64,000 nucleotides of DNA, taken from contig NW_024704742.1 of NCBI RefSeq assembly GCF_018977255.1, forward strand, positions 96,226,001 through 96,290,000, written 5' to 3'. This document shows positions 1 to 12,281 of the stretch, piece after piece (positions within the stretch are counted from its first letter, which is position 1; every line of letters starts with the position of its first letter). The DNA is from Callorhinchus milii (taxonomy: Eukaryota). The translations under genes were made by a program, and so were the position numbers. The notes below the pieces were generated by a model, which saw only the letters and a program-made list of their open reading frames with translations, did not search any database and was not told the DNA's origin.

Positions 1-2164
1 TAAAAACAGTAGAGAGGAAGGATTTTAAATCAGAAAATCAGGATGTAGAGTCAGTATGGGTGGAATTACGAAATAACAAGGGGCAGAAAACACTAGTGGG
101 AGTAGTTTATAGACCCTCGAACAGCAGTCACAATATTGCGCAGAGGATTAACCAGGAAATTAGAGAAACATGTAGCAAAGGAAATACACTAATAGTGGCT
201 GATTTTAATCTTCATATAGATTGGGAAAACCAAATAGGCAAAAATAAGATAGAGGAGAAGTTTATAGAATACATTAGAGATAGTTTTCTAGATCAGTATG
301 TTGAGGAACCAACCAGAGATCAGCTATCCTAGATCTTGTTTTATGTAATGAAATAGGGCTAATCAGCAATCTGGAAGTTAACACTCCTCTAGGGCAGAGT
401 GACCATAACATGATGGAATTTAGCATTAAGTTAGAGAGGAATGTAGGTAAGTCAGAAGCAAGCGTCTTAAATTTAAATAGAGCCAACTTTGCAGGTATGA
501 GAGAGGATTTAGCTAAAATAGACTGGGGAATTAGATTAAAGGATATGACAGTAGACCACCAATGGCAAACTTTTAAAGATATAGTACATAATTCCCAGCG
601 ACCACATATTCCCTTGAGGAATAAAAATACCACGGGAAAAGTGGTTCAACCATGGTTAACTAGAGCAGTTAGGGAAAGTATAAAATTAAAAGAGACCTAT
701 AATACTGCCAAAAAGAGCAGTAAAGCCGAGGATTGCAAGGGTTTCAGAGACCAACAAAGAAAGACTAAGAAACTGATTAGAAGGGAGAAAATGGATTATG
801 AGGGCAAACTACCTAGGGACATAAAGAATTTTTACAAATACATTAAGAGGAAGAGACTATCAAAAGTGAATGTGGATCCATTACAGGCAGAGACAGGAGG
901 AATTATAATGGAGGATAAAGATATGGCAGAGTCATTAAACAAATACTTTGCTTCTGTTTTCACGTTAGAAGACACTGAAAACTTACCAAAAATAGAAGGG
1001 AACCAAGAAGCTAATGTTAGTGAGCAACTTAGGGAAATTAACGTCAGTAAAGAATTAAAGGCAGTATATTGGGATGGATCGAAGAGTGGCTAACGGGAAG
1101 AAAACAGAGAGCAGGGATAAATGGGTTCTTCTCAGATTGGCAAGATGTGCCTAGTGGAGTGCCACAAGGATCAGTGAGTGTTTGGGCCTCAACTATTTAC
1201 AATCTATATCAATGATCTAGACGAGGATATAGAACTTAAAATATCTAAATTTGCGGATAATAATAAGCTAGGTGGGAGTGTAAGCTCTGAGGATGACACA
1301 AAAAGATTGCAAAGGGATATAGATAGGCTAGAAGGTGGCAGATAGAATATAATGTGGGGAAGTGTGAAGTTGTTCACCTAGGTAGTAAAAACAGAAAAGC
1401 AGACTATTTTCTAGAAGGGGAGAGACTAGATAGTGTCAGTGTTCAGAGGGATTTGGGTGTCCTTGTACACCAGTCACAAAAAGTTAATATTGCAGGTACA
1501 GTAAGCAACTAGGAAGGCTAATGGCATGTTGGCGTTCATTGCAAAAGGGTTAGAATAAACGAGTAGGGAAGTCTTGCTGCAACTGCATAGGGCCTTGGTG
1601 AGACTGCACCTAGAATATTGTGTGCAGTTTTGGTGTCCTTATTTAAGAAAGGACATACTCGCCTTAGAGGGGGTGCAGCGTAGATTCACTAGGTTAGTTC
1701 CTGGGATGAGGGGGTTGATCTATGAGGATAGGTTGAGTAAACTAGGCCTATACTCTCTAGAATATAGAAGAATTAGGGGTGATCTTAGAGAAACATAAGA
1801 TTCGTATGGGGCTTGACAGAGTAGACAGTGCAAGACTATTTCCCCTGGTAGGAGAATCTAGAACTAGGGGTCACAGTTTTAAGATTAAGGGTCAGCCCTT
1901 TCGAACAGAGTTGAGGAAACCCTTCTTCACTCAGAGGGTAGTGAATTTATGGAATTCTCTACCCCAGAAGGCTGTAGATGCTCAGTCCTTGAACATATTC
2001 AACACTGAGATTGATAGGTTTCTAAAGGATAGTGGGATTAAGGGATATGGGGATAAGGCAGGCAGATGGAGTTAGGTTAGAAGATCAACCATGATCTTAT
2101 TGAAGGGCGGGGCAAACTCGAGGGGCTGAATGGTCTACTCCTGCTCCTAATTCCTATGTTCCTA
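1..2164 (+). mobile_element. CR1 LINE, degenerate ORF2 (endonuclease C-terminus, partial RT, 3' tail); runs off the window start and has an internal deletion near 1052
   Basis: Translations show [69 protein letters not shown] and FFTQRVVNLWNSLP, broken by stops and frameshifts. Ends in the CR1-type tail ctactcctgctcctaattcctatgttcct. Confidence 0.95.
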
Positions 2165-2404
2165 AGAAGCAACATTAAATCAGAGAGATAGTTTGTGGTG
2201 CGGAGTGGTGTGGTTAAGTTCAGGCAATTGGACAGTTAGTCACCTCCATCTTACAACTCCTGGCAGGCACTAAGGGCAGGTTTCCATGAACCCTGGCAGG
2301 TCTCTTAGCTTCAGGCTTCTAAAATCTCCCTAACATTGTCAAGACTGCAACAATTTTTTTTGGCTAATTTTTCCAATTATCTTCCCTAAACACAAGTTTG
2401 TATC

Positions 2405-2600
2405 TAACTGCTGAGTGCTGGCAGGCTGTTCAACCAAGAGGGGATCACAGCTAAGTCCAGTTTTGTTTATTCAGTATTCATACCCACATTTCCAGCAGTT
2501 GTCACTGGATAGCAATGAGGAGCAGAACATCTGGCTGTTTTTCTGAATTCCTTGACCTGGTGGGGACCTGTATCAATTCTAACACTGCTGCCCTTTCTGA
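2405..2600 (-). mobile_element. Old SINE-like dispersed repeat (family B), partial
   Basis: Shares gagtg(c/t)tggcaggct...atcacag...tttccagc...gtca(c/t)tggatag with the copy at ~22810; related copies at ~4940 and ~60440. Confidence 0.6.
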
Positions 2601-3280
2601 GGTGAGATAATTCTTCACAGACTGAATCTGCCCAGCTTCATTCTTGGCAGTGACTCTACCAACTGTGCTATGAAAGGATGGAACTAGAGTGTTCAAACAG
2701 CAAGATCACTTCATTGTGTATTTAACAGGACATCATATAAGTAAATGACAATTTAAAAGTTACTGAAGAAATTGATACTACTGCTGGATATGACTAGGGG
2801 TGAGCATTCTTGCAGAAAACTTTCATTTTAAATGGCTAAGGGGGCCAAAGTCAAATCATACAACTCCTTTTAATGGTTTGTTTACACAGTTGAATTGATG
2901 GCGTGCAGCACTGTAGCTGAAGTGCTTCAAAGCTACTAATTCTCATTTAACGTTTACAAGGAAATATTTTTACTGCTGAGTGACAGAGGAAACAAACATT
3001 TCTCCTTAGGTTGGCTATAAATTGGAAGTCATGCACGAGCTGCAGAGATCAAACACCTATTTTTCCTCCGCAATATTTTCATTTAATGTTTCCTCCAAAC
3101 TTTGCCATATTTATTTTTCACTAAAAAACAAATAAATGTTTATTACACAGATAAATGAAAAATAAATGAACCAAATAGTAATAGTTTGATGTCATTTCTG
3201 GTGCATTAAATTCTTCTCTGAAGGCAGCATTATTCCAGTATAAGAGCCTTTTATGCTGACCTCTATGGAGTTAAAATAAA

Positions 3281-3572
3281 TAATCCTTGCATTTGATATA
3301 GTACCTATTACATTGGATTCAGCTCAAAGAGCTTCACAAAGTTCTGCTGTTAAGTGTATTGACCTATGTATTTGTAGGCAAAGGTCACGACCAATTTGCA
3401 CACAGTAATATCCCACAAACAGCCTTGAAGAGAGTGACCAATTTTATTTGTGGGACTGTTGGCCAACACACTGGAGGAACCTCCTTTCTCATTTCAAATA
3501 GTGCCATGGGATCTTTAACGTCCACCTGAACAGCCAGACAGGACCTTGTTTTAACATCTCATCTGAAGGATG
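3281..3572 (-). mobile_element. Deu-domain SINE (SacSINE1-like), head missing
   Basis: Reverse complement reads gatgagatgttaaaacaaggtcctgtctg...caggtggacgttaaagatcccatggcactattt...tgtttgtggga...aaatgcaaggatta. Confidence 0.85.
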
Positions 3573-3684
3573 GGAGTTATTTGTTAAAGAAGAATTCGGG
3601 TTAAAAATCCAGCATTTGCAAACTGGACATTTCTGTGCTAATTTCAATTTCTGGTTTGTAACTGAAATTGTACAATTCACTGCA

Positions 3685-4415
3685 TCACAAGATCACAAGA
3701 TTGGTCTGGATGAAGGAAACCCTTTGGCCCACCTGATTTCATACATCTGGAACACCCACCCTGCCATGACCTATAACTCCACCATTGCTTCAAGTTGCTT
3801 TTTAAATGAGTCCAGTCTCCTGACCTCTACCACCTTTCCTGGCAACCTGTTCCAATCATTGATTGCCATCTGTGAAAAAAAAATCCTGTCCTGAAATTGC
3901 TCTTTACAACTCTAAATCTACGTCCTATTTTTCTACTGTAATAATAATAATAATAATCCTTGCATTTGATGTAGTGCTTTTCAAGTCTATGGAACATCTC
4001 AAAGCGCTTCACAGAATATACTGTAAAGTGGATTGTATTTTTTGTGGGCGAAATGTGGGTGTATATTTGTGGGCAAAACGTGGCAGCCAATCGTGCACAG
4101 CAGTGTCCCACAAACACTTGTGTTTTGAGTGAGTGACCAAATTACTATTTTTTTTGAGGGATTATTATCCCCGGAAAAGCGATCCGCCAACCGGTTCCTA
4201 CTTACTGCTAGGTAAAGGCGTGTGGAGTAAAGAAACTTGCCCAACATTTCGCCCTGGCAGGAATCAAACCCAGGTTTCTCGCTTGTGAGTACTCTAATAA
4301 TTACTTCTTTCAATCCCATTTAAAATTTTGTACATCACTATGAGGTCCCCTCTGAGTTATCTTCTCTCAAGATTGAAGAGCCCTAGCTTGTCTAGTCATT
4401 GTGGATAGCTCATTC
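3685..4415 (-). mobile_element. CR1 3' fragment split by a SINE insertion
   Basis: The minus strand of 4315-4410 translates to LDKLGLFNLERR*LRGDLIVMYKILNG; 3790-3880 gives WNRLPGKVVEV-like sequence followed by a tail. Confidence 0.75.
3939..4289 (-). mobile_element. tRNA-headed SINE with L2-type tail (family A, long variant), 5'-clipped
   Basis: (TAA)n-tccttgcatttgat tail, gtcccacaaac body and ttgcccaacatttcgccctggcaggaatcaaacccagg head remnant. Confidence 0.9.
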
Positions 4416-4599
4416 TTGTCTCATAATTCCTTAGAAATATTGCAACACATGTTTTGCACCCAGCATGTTCTTTCCTGACCTTCTGTGGGATATTTTGGGG
4501 GCTTTTATTGATCAAGAAATGACTTGAAAGCAAACTCAAAGTTTCAGATCACTGTGTCCCATTCGCACATAAGAGGCCCAACATTGCTCTCAGATTTAA

Positions 4600-4792
4600 C
4601 TCTAAGACCATTTTTTCTTAAGGTTTGTGGAAAACCCTTACTTTCTTAAATTTAGAAGCTGTTTTGCCCACAGTTCTCAAAAAGATAGTCCTCCAAATAA
4701 ATTCTGAATTTCAGAATTTCCACACTTGTAAAGATCATAAATTTCATAGCAAAAGGGTTTTACTAGCTAAGAATAGGTGAAAATTTGAGCCC
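4600..4792. mobile_element. Palindromic MITE-like element
   Basis: Perfect 21-bp odd palindrome aaattctgaa-t-ttcagaattt at 4699-4719, aaaccctt/aagggttt arms, and right terminus aggtgaaaatttgagccc. Confidence 0.45.
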
Positions 4793-4929
4793 AGATATTT
4801 TCTCTTCCACAGTGAGTTGCTTTAATGACAATCAAATAAGTATGTGCTTTTTTTAAAAAAAAATCGGTCTCATCATGCTGGAAGAGGACATGGACACTTT
4901 CAAAGAGAAGCACTCAAATGACCATTGTC

Positions 4930-5200
4930 CATGGAGGAACCTTGGCAGTGAGCGTCGGAAGGCCACTCGACTGCGGAGGGCATCACAGATGAAACTACCT
5001 TTCCCCACCAGTCTGCTACACACATGGATTACCAGTAGAGGGACTAGAAGTAGGCAATCCAGCTGAGTTTTCCCTCCCTAACCCAAGGCCAATTTCAACT
5101 CCCTTGCAGCTCAGCTGCAACCTCGGCATGGACCAAGATTCAAAGCAGTGAGCTCCTGGTCCGTGATGTCCATTGCACCATTGGCACTCTCAATGAGTAT
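4930..5200 (-). mobile_element. Old SINE-like repeat (family B)
   Basis: cagtgagcgtcggaaggcc...gagggcatcacag...gctgagttttccctccctaaccca resembles the other family B copies. Confidence 0.55.
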
Positions 5201-5289
5201 GCACTTTCAATGATGCTTTTTGAATCATGCTGAAATAGCTGAAAACTCATTGTAAGTTTATAAATAAAATATTTTTATAATAATAACTC

Positions 5290-5609
5290 GTGGAGTCCTG
5301 TAGCTCAGTGGTTAGAGCACTCACTTTGCAAGCGAGAGACCTGAGTTCAATTCCAGGCAGGGCGAAACCTTGGGCAAGTTTCCTGACTCCACACTCCTAA
5401 TAATAATCCCTCCAAAACCCAAAACAATAATAAATTGGTCATTTTCAATCTACGACTGTTTGTGGGACATTGCTGTGTGCAATTGGCTGCCACGTTCGCC
5501 CACAAATATACAGTCAATTCACTTTACAGTATGTTCTGTGAAGTGCTTTGGGACGTCCTCCCGATGTGAAAAGTGCTATATCAAATGCAAAGATTATTAT
5601 TATTGTTAT
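5290..5609 (+). mobile_element. Full-length family A SINE (short variant): tRNA-derived head, Deu-like 3' body, L2-type tail
   Basis: gtggagtcctgtagctcagtggttagagc (A box), gagttcaattcc (B box), ttgggcaagtttcc, tgtttgtgggacattgctgtg, then aaatgcaaagattattattatt. Confidence 0.95.
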
Positions 5610-6937
5610 AAAAAAACTCACTCAGCTGGGCAGTGCAACTGGTTTGAAGGCAATGGAATCACAACAACACCATGTCATGGGATTTGGGGAAACATTGAAT
5701 ATGGAATCCCCAGCAGGTTAAACAAATGGACTTTTAGTAGCAATCTCAGTATATTCGTAACCTCTTTTCAATTAAACTTATTACTGGCAGCAAACATTTG
5801 TAAAGCATATTTTAATCAGTTTCCTTCAGGTGAAAAGCAAAATTAACATTTAGGGGTCATTTAGCATATTTGTCTCTTGTGTGGATAGTAAGTTAATTGC
5901 AAACATTTTCCAAGTTACTGTAGTCTGTATTGGACCCCGATGGATTTTGACTTTTCTTTATGTGTTATGTGGATGAAAATATAAAACATGACTCTTGTGT
6001 CCTCTTGTTCTGCTTTCAAACTGCTAATGTGGGAGTACTACCTGCTGATACTTCAGAAGAAATTCACCCTTCCTCAATAAACATTTACGATTTATTTATG
6101 CTCCATGTAATGTAAAATATTTGATGGCACATTATTAAAAATACCAGAAATTACAGTTTATTTACAATCCACGTACATACTATTTATTTGGTTCATTTTT
6201 CCGTTAGCTCCAGATGGAAATAAATGGTAGTAACATGTCCATGGGACAATATTTTCAGTGTTCTTTAAAGAGTTTCTTGTGTTAACTAAGATGAGGAGCA
6301 TGTTAAGGAATATTCACAAATTTGTTCCTTAACGATTAAGTCTTTTCATTGACCTCGGTAATAAACATGTTGCTCCCAATCTCTGATCCTCACCACACTT
6401 CTACATTTCAGCTTCCGCCACCCAGTAACAACCCAAGGGAAACTGAGTGCGAAGCTAGTTTCCTAATGTGAGCTGTGGGAATGCTGATGCAACTCAAGAT
6501 AAAGCGTGCAAATATTGGGATTTCTTTATCTAATGTTTACCTTTCATATTTGCATTTAACAACACAGTTATAAAGCTACACCTGATGTTTGAGTAGCTTT
6601 TTATTGCTGTAATACTAGTGGGTGTTTTTATTGCCATGTTAAATTAGTTGAATGCATACAAAGGCTTCTCACAACTTATGTAATGTGTCAATGAAAATAG
6701 AGACTGAAATCTCCTTAGACCCATTGGCAATCTAAGGATTAAATAGAAACTGAAAACAGTAATTTGAGTTGGCCTTTAACTCCAGTGTAACTTTATTCAA
6801 CAACCAGAGGTACACTCAAAAAATAAGCTTGATATAATTTCCAGTGGGGTTAAGGACAACGCCCATACATGATGTTGCTATTAGAAACTAAAAAAAACTA
6901 CTTGTTCAGAAGACCTTGTTGATATAGTGGAACGAAT

Positions 6938-7102
6938 GGGTTAAATCCGCCTCTACAAATATTATCAGATATAGATTGCTTCTCTTAGCTGTGAGTGACG
7001 TGTGAGTGCGGTGACAATTGAAAAGACACCAGTGTCAAAAAATAGCGACTCTCTTGTTCATTTTCATTCGGGAAATAGCAGAGGAGGTGAAAATGAAGAC
7101 CC
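6938..7102. mobile_element. MITE-like element with imperfect terminal inverted repeats
   Basis: Left end gggttaaatccgcctct; right end agaggaggtgaaaatgaagaccc, which resembles the terminus at 4775-4792. Confidence 0.4.
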
Positions 7103-7489
7103 TGCACTAACAGCAAACCAACTCAAATGAAGTGTGAAGCCCTATCAATTTGAGAAGTAGGCAAGCCACAGACACATGGGAACAAGTGGAGACAGCAGCT
7201 GGGTGACAGTAATGGGATATGATGGCTGTCCTTGAGAATTTGACAGTCTTATTAGTTTCTCTTGATTTACAAAGAAAATAGATATTCTGCTGCTGCAAGA
7301 CAAAATAGTGATTAAAGGAACGATGTTAAAAATGAAACACGTTTATATTGACCTATAGTAGGATTTACATAATCATAAACATTTATATTTGCAACTACTG
7401 TTAACAGTTATCTTTGTACAATGTTTAACTTCCTTATTTGAACAAGTTTAACATTTTTCTTGGGGGAATGCCATATTGTCAAATGCACT

Positions 7490-7777
7490 GTCCTTTGGGT
7501 GTGACATTAAAGCAAGGTCCCGACAATCTGGTGAGGTGGAGGTTAAAGATCCCATGGCACTATTCAAAACAAGAAAGGAGATTGCCCTGCTGTCCTGGTC
7601 GACAATCCTCCAGAGAAAATGAAATGGTCATTCACTTCATGGCTGTTTGCAGGACATTGCTGTGTGCAAATTGGCTGCAATCCTCAGTAACCTCACTTGA
7701 AATAAATTCCCTGTGAAACACTAAGACATTTGGAGACGATAAGGGACTATATCAAATACAAGAATTATTATTATTAT
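7490..7777 (+). mobile_element. Deu-domain SINE (SacSINE1-like)
   Basis: aggtggaggttaaagatcccatggcactattc...tgtcctggtc...gctgtgtgcaaattggctgc...(tta)n. Confidence 0.85.
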
Positions 7778-9670
7778 GTTTGGTACTGTGCGATCTTGGC
7801 ACTTGTGTAAAACAAATCAGCTATATCTTATTTAAATCTTTTGAACTTTTTTTACCCTTACACAATAACTATGAATTTCATTCAATCAGTTCAGTATAAC
7901 TATGGCAATTTAATGTGACTTGTGTTTTATAGGTTAATACAGCTTGTCAAGAGAGTGGGTCAAAGTGATCTAAATAGAAGAGTATAATTATAGACTCAGG
8001 ATTGAGTTCAAGCATAACTATCCTCTTGGTTATAGTCCAGGTATTTCCTGTTAAAAGGACACATGATATACTGATGGCACACAGATGTCTAGTGTTTTAT
8101 TAGTGAATACATTACACGTGATTGACAAGTATGCATTGCAGAAATTCTATCAATTTGTTTTGGAACTCCCTGACACAACCTTACAGTAAACTGTCAAACA
8201 AGTGAATTAGCTGTGCCAACAAAATCTTTAGCATTGTGTAGAATGTTTGAGTTGGGCGATTCTTGACTTTGCCTTCTCCAATTGTAATGTACAACTGAAA
8301 TCAACAAAAAGCTGCATGCAAAAAATGCATTAAGTTCCACTTAAATTGAATCTAGGGTTGTTAAACAGCCATCAGGGAAAAGGAAATACAAAGGGTAATA
8401 TTTCCTGAGGTTGGCATTTGGAACAAACTCCTTTTGTACTGAGTATTAATGACTGAGTATTAATCTTTTTCTAAAAAAATCAGGTGGTGTCTTATATAGC
8501 TTGCAGGTGAACATTATGAAGGACTTCAAATAAACAGGAAGCATGCACGTTACTCTAGCTGAATAACTGGTAACATAATCCTGCAAAACGCACAGTGTAG
8601 TGGCCTGTTATCTGGGTTACAGGATGTTTGCCCTTCACAAATATTTTAAAAGACAAGCATGAGCTTGTTTAACAGGCTGCTTACCAATTCCACTTAGTGA
8701 CAATGATACAGTAGACAAGACAGCGTGTAAAAAAATCTTCAAATGCTCCACTGATACTTTGCAAAACAGGCAGTAACGGCTGAGCTGCAATTTGAAATTA
8801 CAAACGGGGAACTTGACAAAAAGCATCTCTCATAATGCCTACACTTCCACAAATTACCCCTAACCTATTTGCTTGATATTAAAAGTCGTTGATTGTTTTG
8901 CGAACACAGTTTCAATCGATTCAGAGACTTCCTGCTGAATTATTTAAACGAACAATGTAACATTAATCTAAATGCAGTAATTTGCAGAAATTTTACCTTT
9001 TCGGGATTGCCCGGAAAAATTGAAAAGCCAACACAAGACTTTATTTATTGATGGTGTTGGGGAGAAAAGTGGGGAAAGGGTAAAAAAAAAATACAGTCTG
9101 ATCAAGTCATCTAGCACCAAATGGACTGAACCTCCAACTCATTCTGAGTACCGCACAGTCAAGGCCGATTCAAGTAGAGAATGCAGACATACATGACATT
9201 TAATATGACATTTCCACTACTTCTGTGGCTTTCATACTGGCTTTTGCTCAGCCCAACATTTAACCTCAATTTCCACCCAGCATCTGTATGGCTAAACTGA
9301 CACATTTCAGTTATGTCTAAGTGAACAGCCTTCTATACTACACAGTACTGTTAAAAAATCATGTACACCAATATCAAATGCCATATAAGCAAATTCCTGG
9401 CAAGTAGCTAAAATAAGCATATATTTACTAAATAGTTCAATTTGTTCCTGATTAGGCCTCTATTCATGGAGGTGTTGTGCATCAGTAAAGATGTGGTTTC
9501 CCACAAATTTTCAGCAATTTTTCCATATATGCATTTGCAGTTTTGATGCAGATGTGGATTATTCAAGAACTGTGGAATTATGGAAAGAACTTCACAAAAC
9601 ACTCATAGAATTTCTCTGCTGAGTCTTTGAGTAGAGACATGGGCGAGGGGGGGCTGGTAAAGATCAATTT

Positions 9671-9955
9671 AATAATAATAATCCTTGCATTTGATAGAGC
9701 GCTTTTCACGTCTTCTAGATGTCTCAAAGCACTCCACAGAATATACTGTAAAGGGAATTGACTGTATATTTGTGGGCGAAACGCAACAGCCAATTGCGCA
9801 CAGCAGTGTCCCACAAACAGTCATGGATTGAAAATGACCAATTTTTTTATTTTTGTTTTGGAGGGATTATTATTAGGCGTGTGGAGTAAGGAAACTTGCC
9901 CAAGGTTTTGCCCTGCCTGGAATTGAACCCAGGTGTCTCGCTTGCAAGGTGAGTG
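9671..9955 (-). mobile_element. Family A SINE (short variant), 5'-clipped
   Basis: Close reverse-complement match to 5290-5609. Confidence 0.93.
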
Positions 9956-10639
9956 GTGAGGAAAGATATGATATTTATCACATTGAATTGACTGGAAACA
10001 GCCCCCTTCCTTCCCCCCACCCACCACCTTTCCTCCCTTCTCCGAGGCTGGTGACATTGTACTTCCAGTTTGTCAGGTTACTGTTTTTTTATAAACTAAA
10101 CCAAAAACGTGAATATCAGGTAACCTGCTAAACGTCGGTTAAAAGCTAAGAGTTGGAAGACCACTGCCACAGAGTCAGGTTCAAGAACATTCGCTATTGC
10201 AAATGTCATCAAAGGCATATTAATTGTAATAGTATATCAAACATATCACTAGAATGATCCTGCCACATTCACAACTCTGATATTCTCATTCTATTCATTG
10301 AACTTTGCTGATCTCCAAATTGTCACTTTGTTTCTATTATTTATCCACAAATAGTCCAATAAAGTTTTGGGACATATACTTCAGTGCTTATTTGGGAGCA
10401 ATCACATCATTGTCTTCATACAACTACTGCTGATAGAACTTTCAGCACTATTTCAATTGGTGGACTGGAGACCACCCTCAAGGGGTACATTTGTAGTGGT
10501 ATAAAGATTTGTCAGCTGCTGTGTAACTGGAAAAGATCAGTGCTAAACTGCAATACAAACCCAAAGGAATCCTTCTGCCAAACCTATGTGTAAGATGTTG
10601 GAAAATTAAATGAACAATCTCGCTTCCTATTTTCAAAGT

Positions 10640-10750
10640 GGAGAAGAGAAGAGGGAAACATAGGGAAATGAAAGGAGATGAAGGAGATCAAGGTAGGTAA
10701 AAGGCAAATAAATAGAAAATGAAAGGAAGGAAGGAAGGAAGGAAGGAAAT
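10640..10750 (+). repeat. Purine-rich tract ending in a (GGAA)n microsatellite
   Basis: gaaaggaaggaaggaaggaaggaaggaaat at ~10721-10750. Confidence 0.85.
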
Positions 10751-11859
10751 AGGCTCCAGCAGTAGCAGAAGTCGTCACCCGACCAGTTTATAACCGGTAC
10801 AGACAATTTTTTATTTAAGAATCCTCCCTCCCTGAGAGAGAGGAGTTGGATTGGCTGGGCAAGGATAAGTAACCCTTCTGAAAAAAAGAGTGACACACTC
10901 AAGGAAGGAGGAAATGTAAATGCCAAAACAGCATAAAAGTAATTTGCTTCAGATTAATTCCAGGTTCATAGTTGTAGCTGGGCCCATCCTGGACATTTTG
11001 TGTTGCTAGTCTCGTGTTCCAGATAAGCATGTGTTAAGTTACAGTTTGCATAATAACAGTAGTGAGGAGTAATCACTTTTGCTGGCACCCTCACTGTTTT
11101 CCTCTTACCCGTTGTGCCAACAGCTACTGGCAAATTTGCCATTCCGAGTACCAGCAGCAGAGAAAATCTTTAGCCGTGGATCAGGGTAAAGCAGCATCCA
11201 CAGTTATGTTGGTTCCCAATGTGATTGCTGCATTGCCAGTGACAAAGATAAAGCCAGATAAAAGCTTGCCTTATCTCTGCCACTACCTAAAGATTTTGCT
11301 CCTATAGTTTTGTAAATGTTGTAATGGTCTGGAGCTCTGTTCTCTTGAGGCCAGGATTCCAACTGTTTACAACAGCTATCTTGTGAAATCTAAATCTTAA
11401 AATAAAATATAGCAGCCTACTTACTGCACAGTCAGAATTATTGTGCACTGCTCCCTGGGGTTCTCTTGGCAGTGGCTGGAGAAAACGACAGACTTTAACA
11501 TTAAAATAACGCATTAAACACAACAGACTCCAATTGCAGTCCATAAGTTATACACAGCATTATAATGCAGCCAGTTCACATTTCCCAGTTAGAAATATAC
11601 TGAGCAATTGCATCCTTAAACTGTATATGATATAAAAACCATGATTCTAAAACTAACTTTGATGAAAACTCAGTCTAAATTGTAGCTAAGTGCCCTGTGT
11701 ATAGGGTTGCTATTTTTTCTGGTCCAAATCGCACTCAGTATTCAAACACTGGGATGATAGTGTAAATTCAAAGATTATCATAGCGTAATGAAGGATTATA
11801 AAAGTTTGCTGGTAATTTCTACTACCAGAGAATCTTCAAAGAAGACAAGGAGGTTATGG

Positions 11860-12123
11860 AAAGAGTGTGATTTTGTTTGTTACAGAGACTGATTCCTACA
11901 TAAAAGAAATAACCAATCCAACATCTTGGGGACTATAAAATAAGAATCAACTCTTATGGAGAGGAAGCTTTCTTGGGAGGAAATTACAATGAACATTAAT
12001 TCAACTGCTCACTCCAAAAGAATGGAGGAAGGATGCCAAAAGAGACTTAATGACGTTAGATTGAAGGCCAAAGCCTGCTTATCCAAAACAGAAAAGGCTC
12101 TTGTTGGCAAGCATGGTGGTTGA
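11860..12123 (+). pseudogene. Fossil Myb/SANT-like DNA-binding ORF of PIF/Harbinger type
   Basis: The frame from 11944 reads ESTLMERKLSWEEITMNINSTAHSKRMEEGCQKRLNDVRLKAKACLSKTEKALVGKHGG*. This fits the W-x-x-I...N...R...C-x-K-(W)-x-D...GG pattern of NAIF1/MSANTD-like domains. The upstream part has stops and a frameshift. Confidence 0.6.
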
Positions 12124-12281
12124 ATCTCATTGGGGATCTCAACCCTCAGTGCAAAGGGTCACAATTTCAGTAAGCAGAGCTGACTCCTGGGATGCTACAC
12201 TGTGCTTTCTTCCAAACTATTAAAGAGATTTCTGCAATGGTTAATTTTGTTAGCAATAACTTAAGTGCAAAGCACCAGTAA

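Noticed and set aside
5290..5368. Functional tRNA gene
   Set aside because: It runs directly into a SINE body, has no T-run terminator and has mismatched stems; it is a SINE head.
5370..5846. 158-aa ORF and similar ORFs (47053-47400 with poly-Tyr, 13188-13505, 45281-45574, 3827-4117) resembling a gene family
   Set aside because: All are translations of family A SINE copies; the poly-Tyr run is the (TAT)n tail.
8439..8465. Short tandem duplications (actgagtattaat x2; also ~20866-20901)
   Set aside because: Ordinary slippage duplications with no evidence of function.
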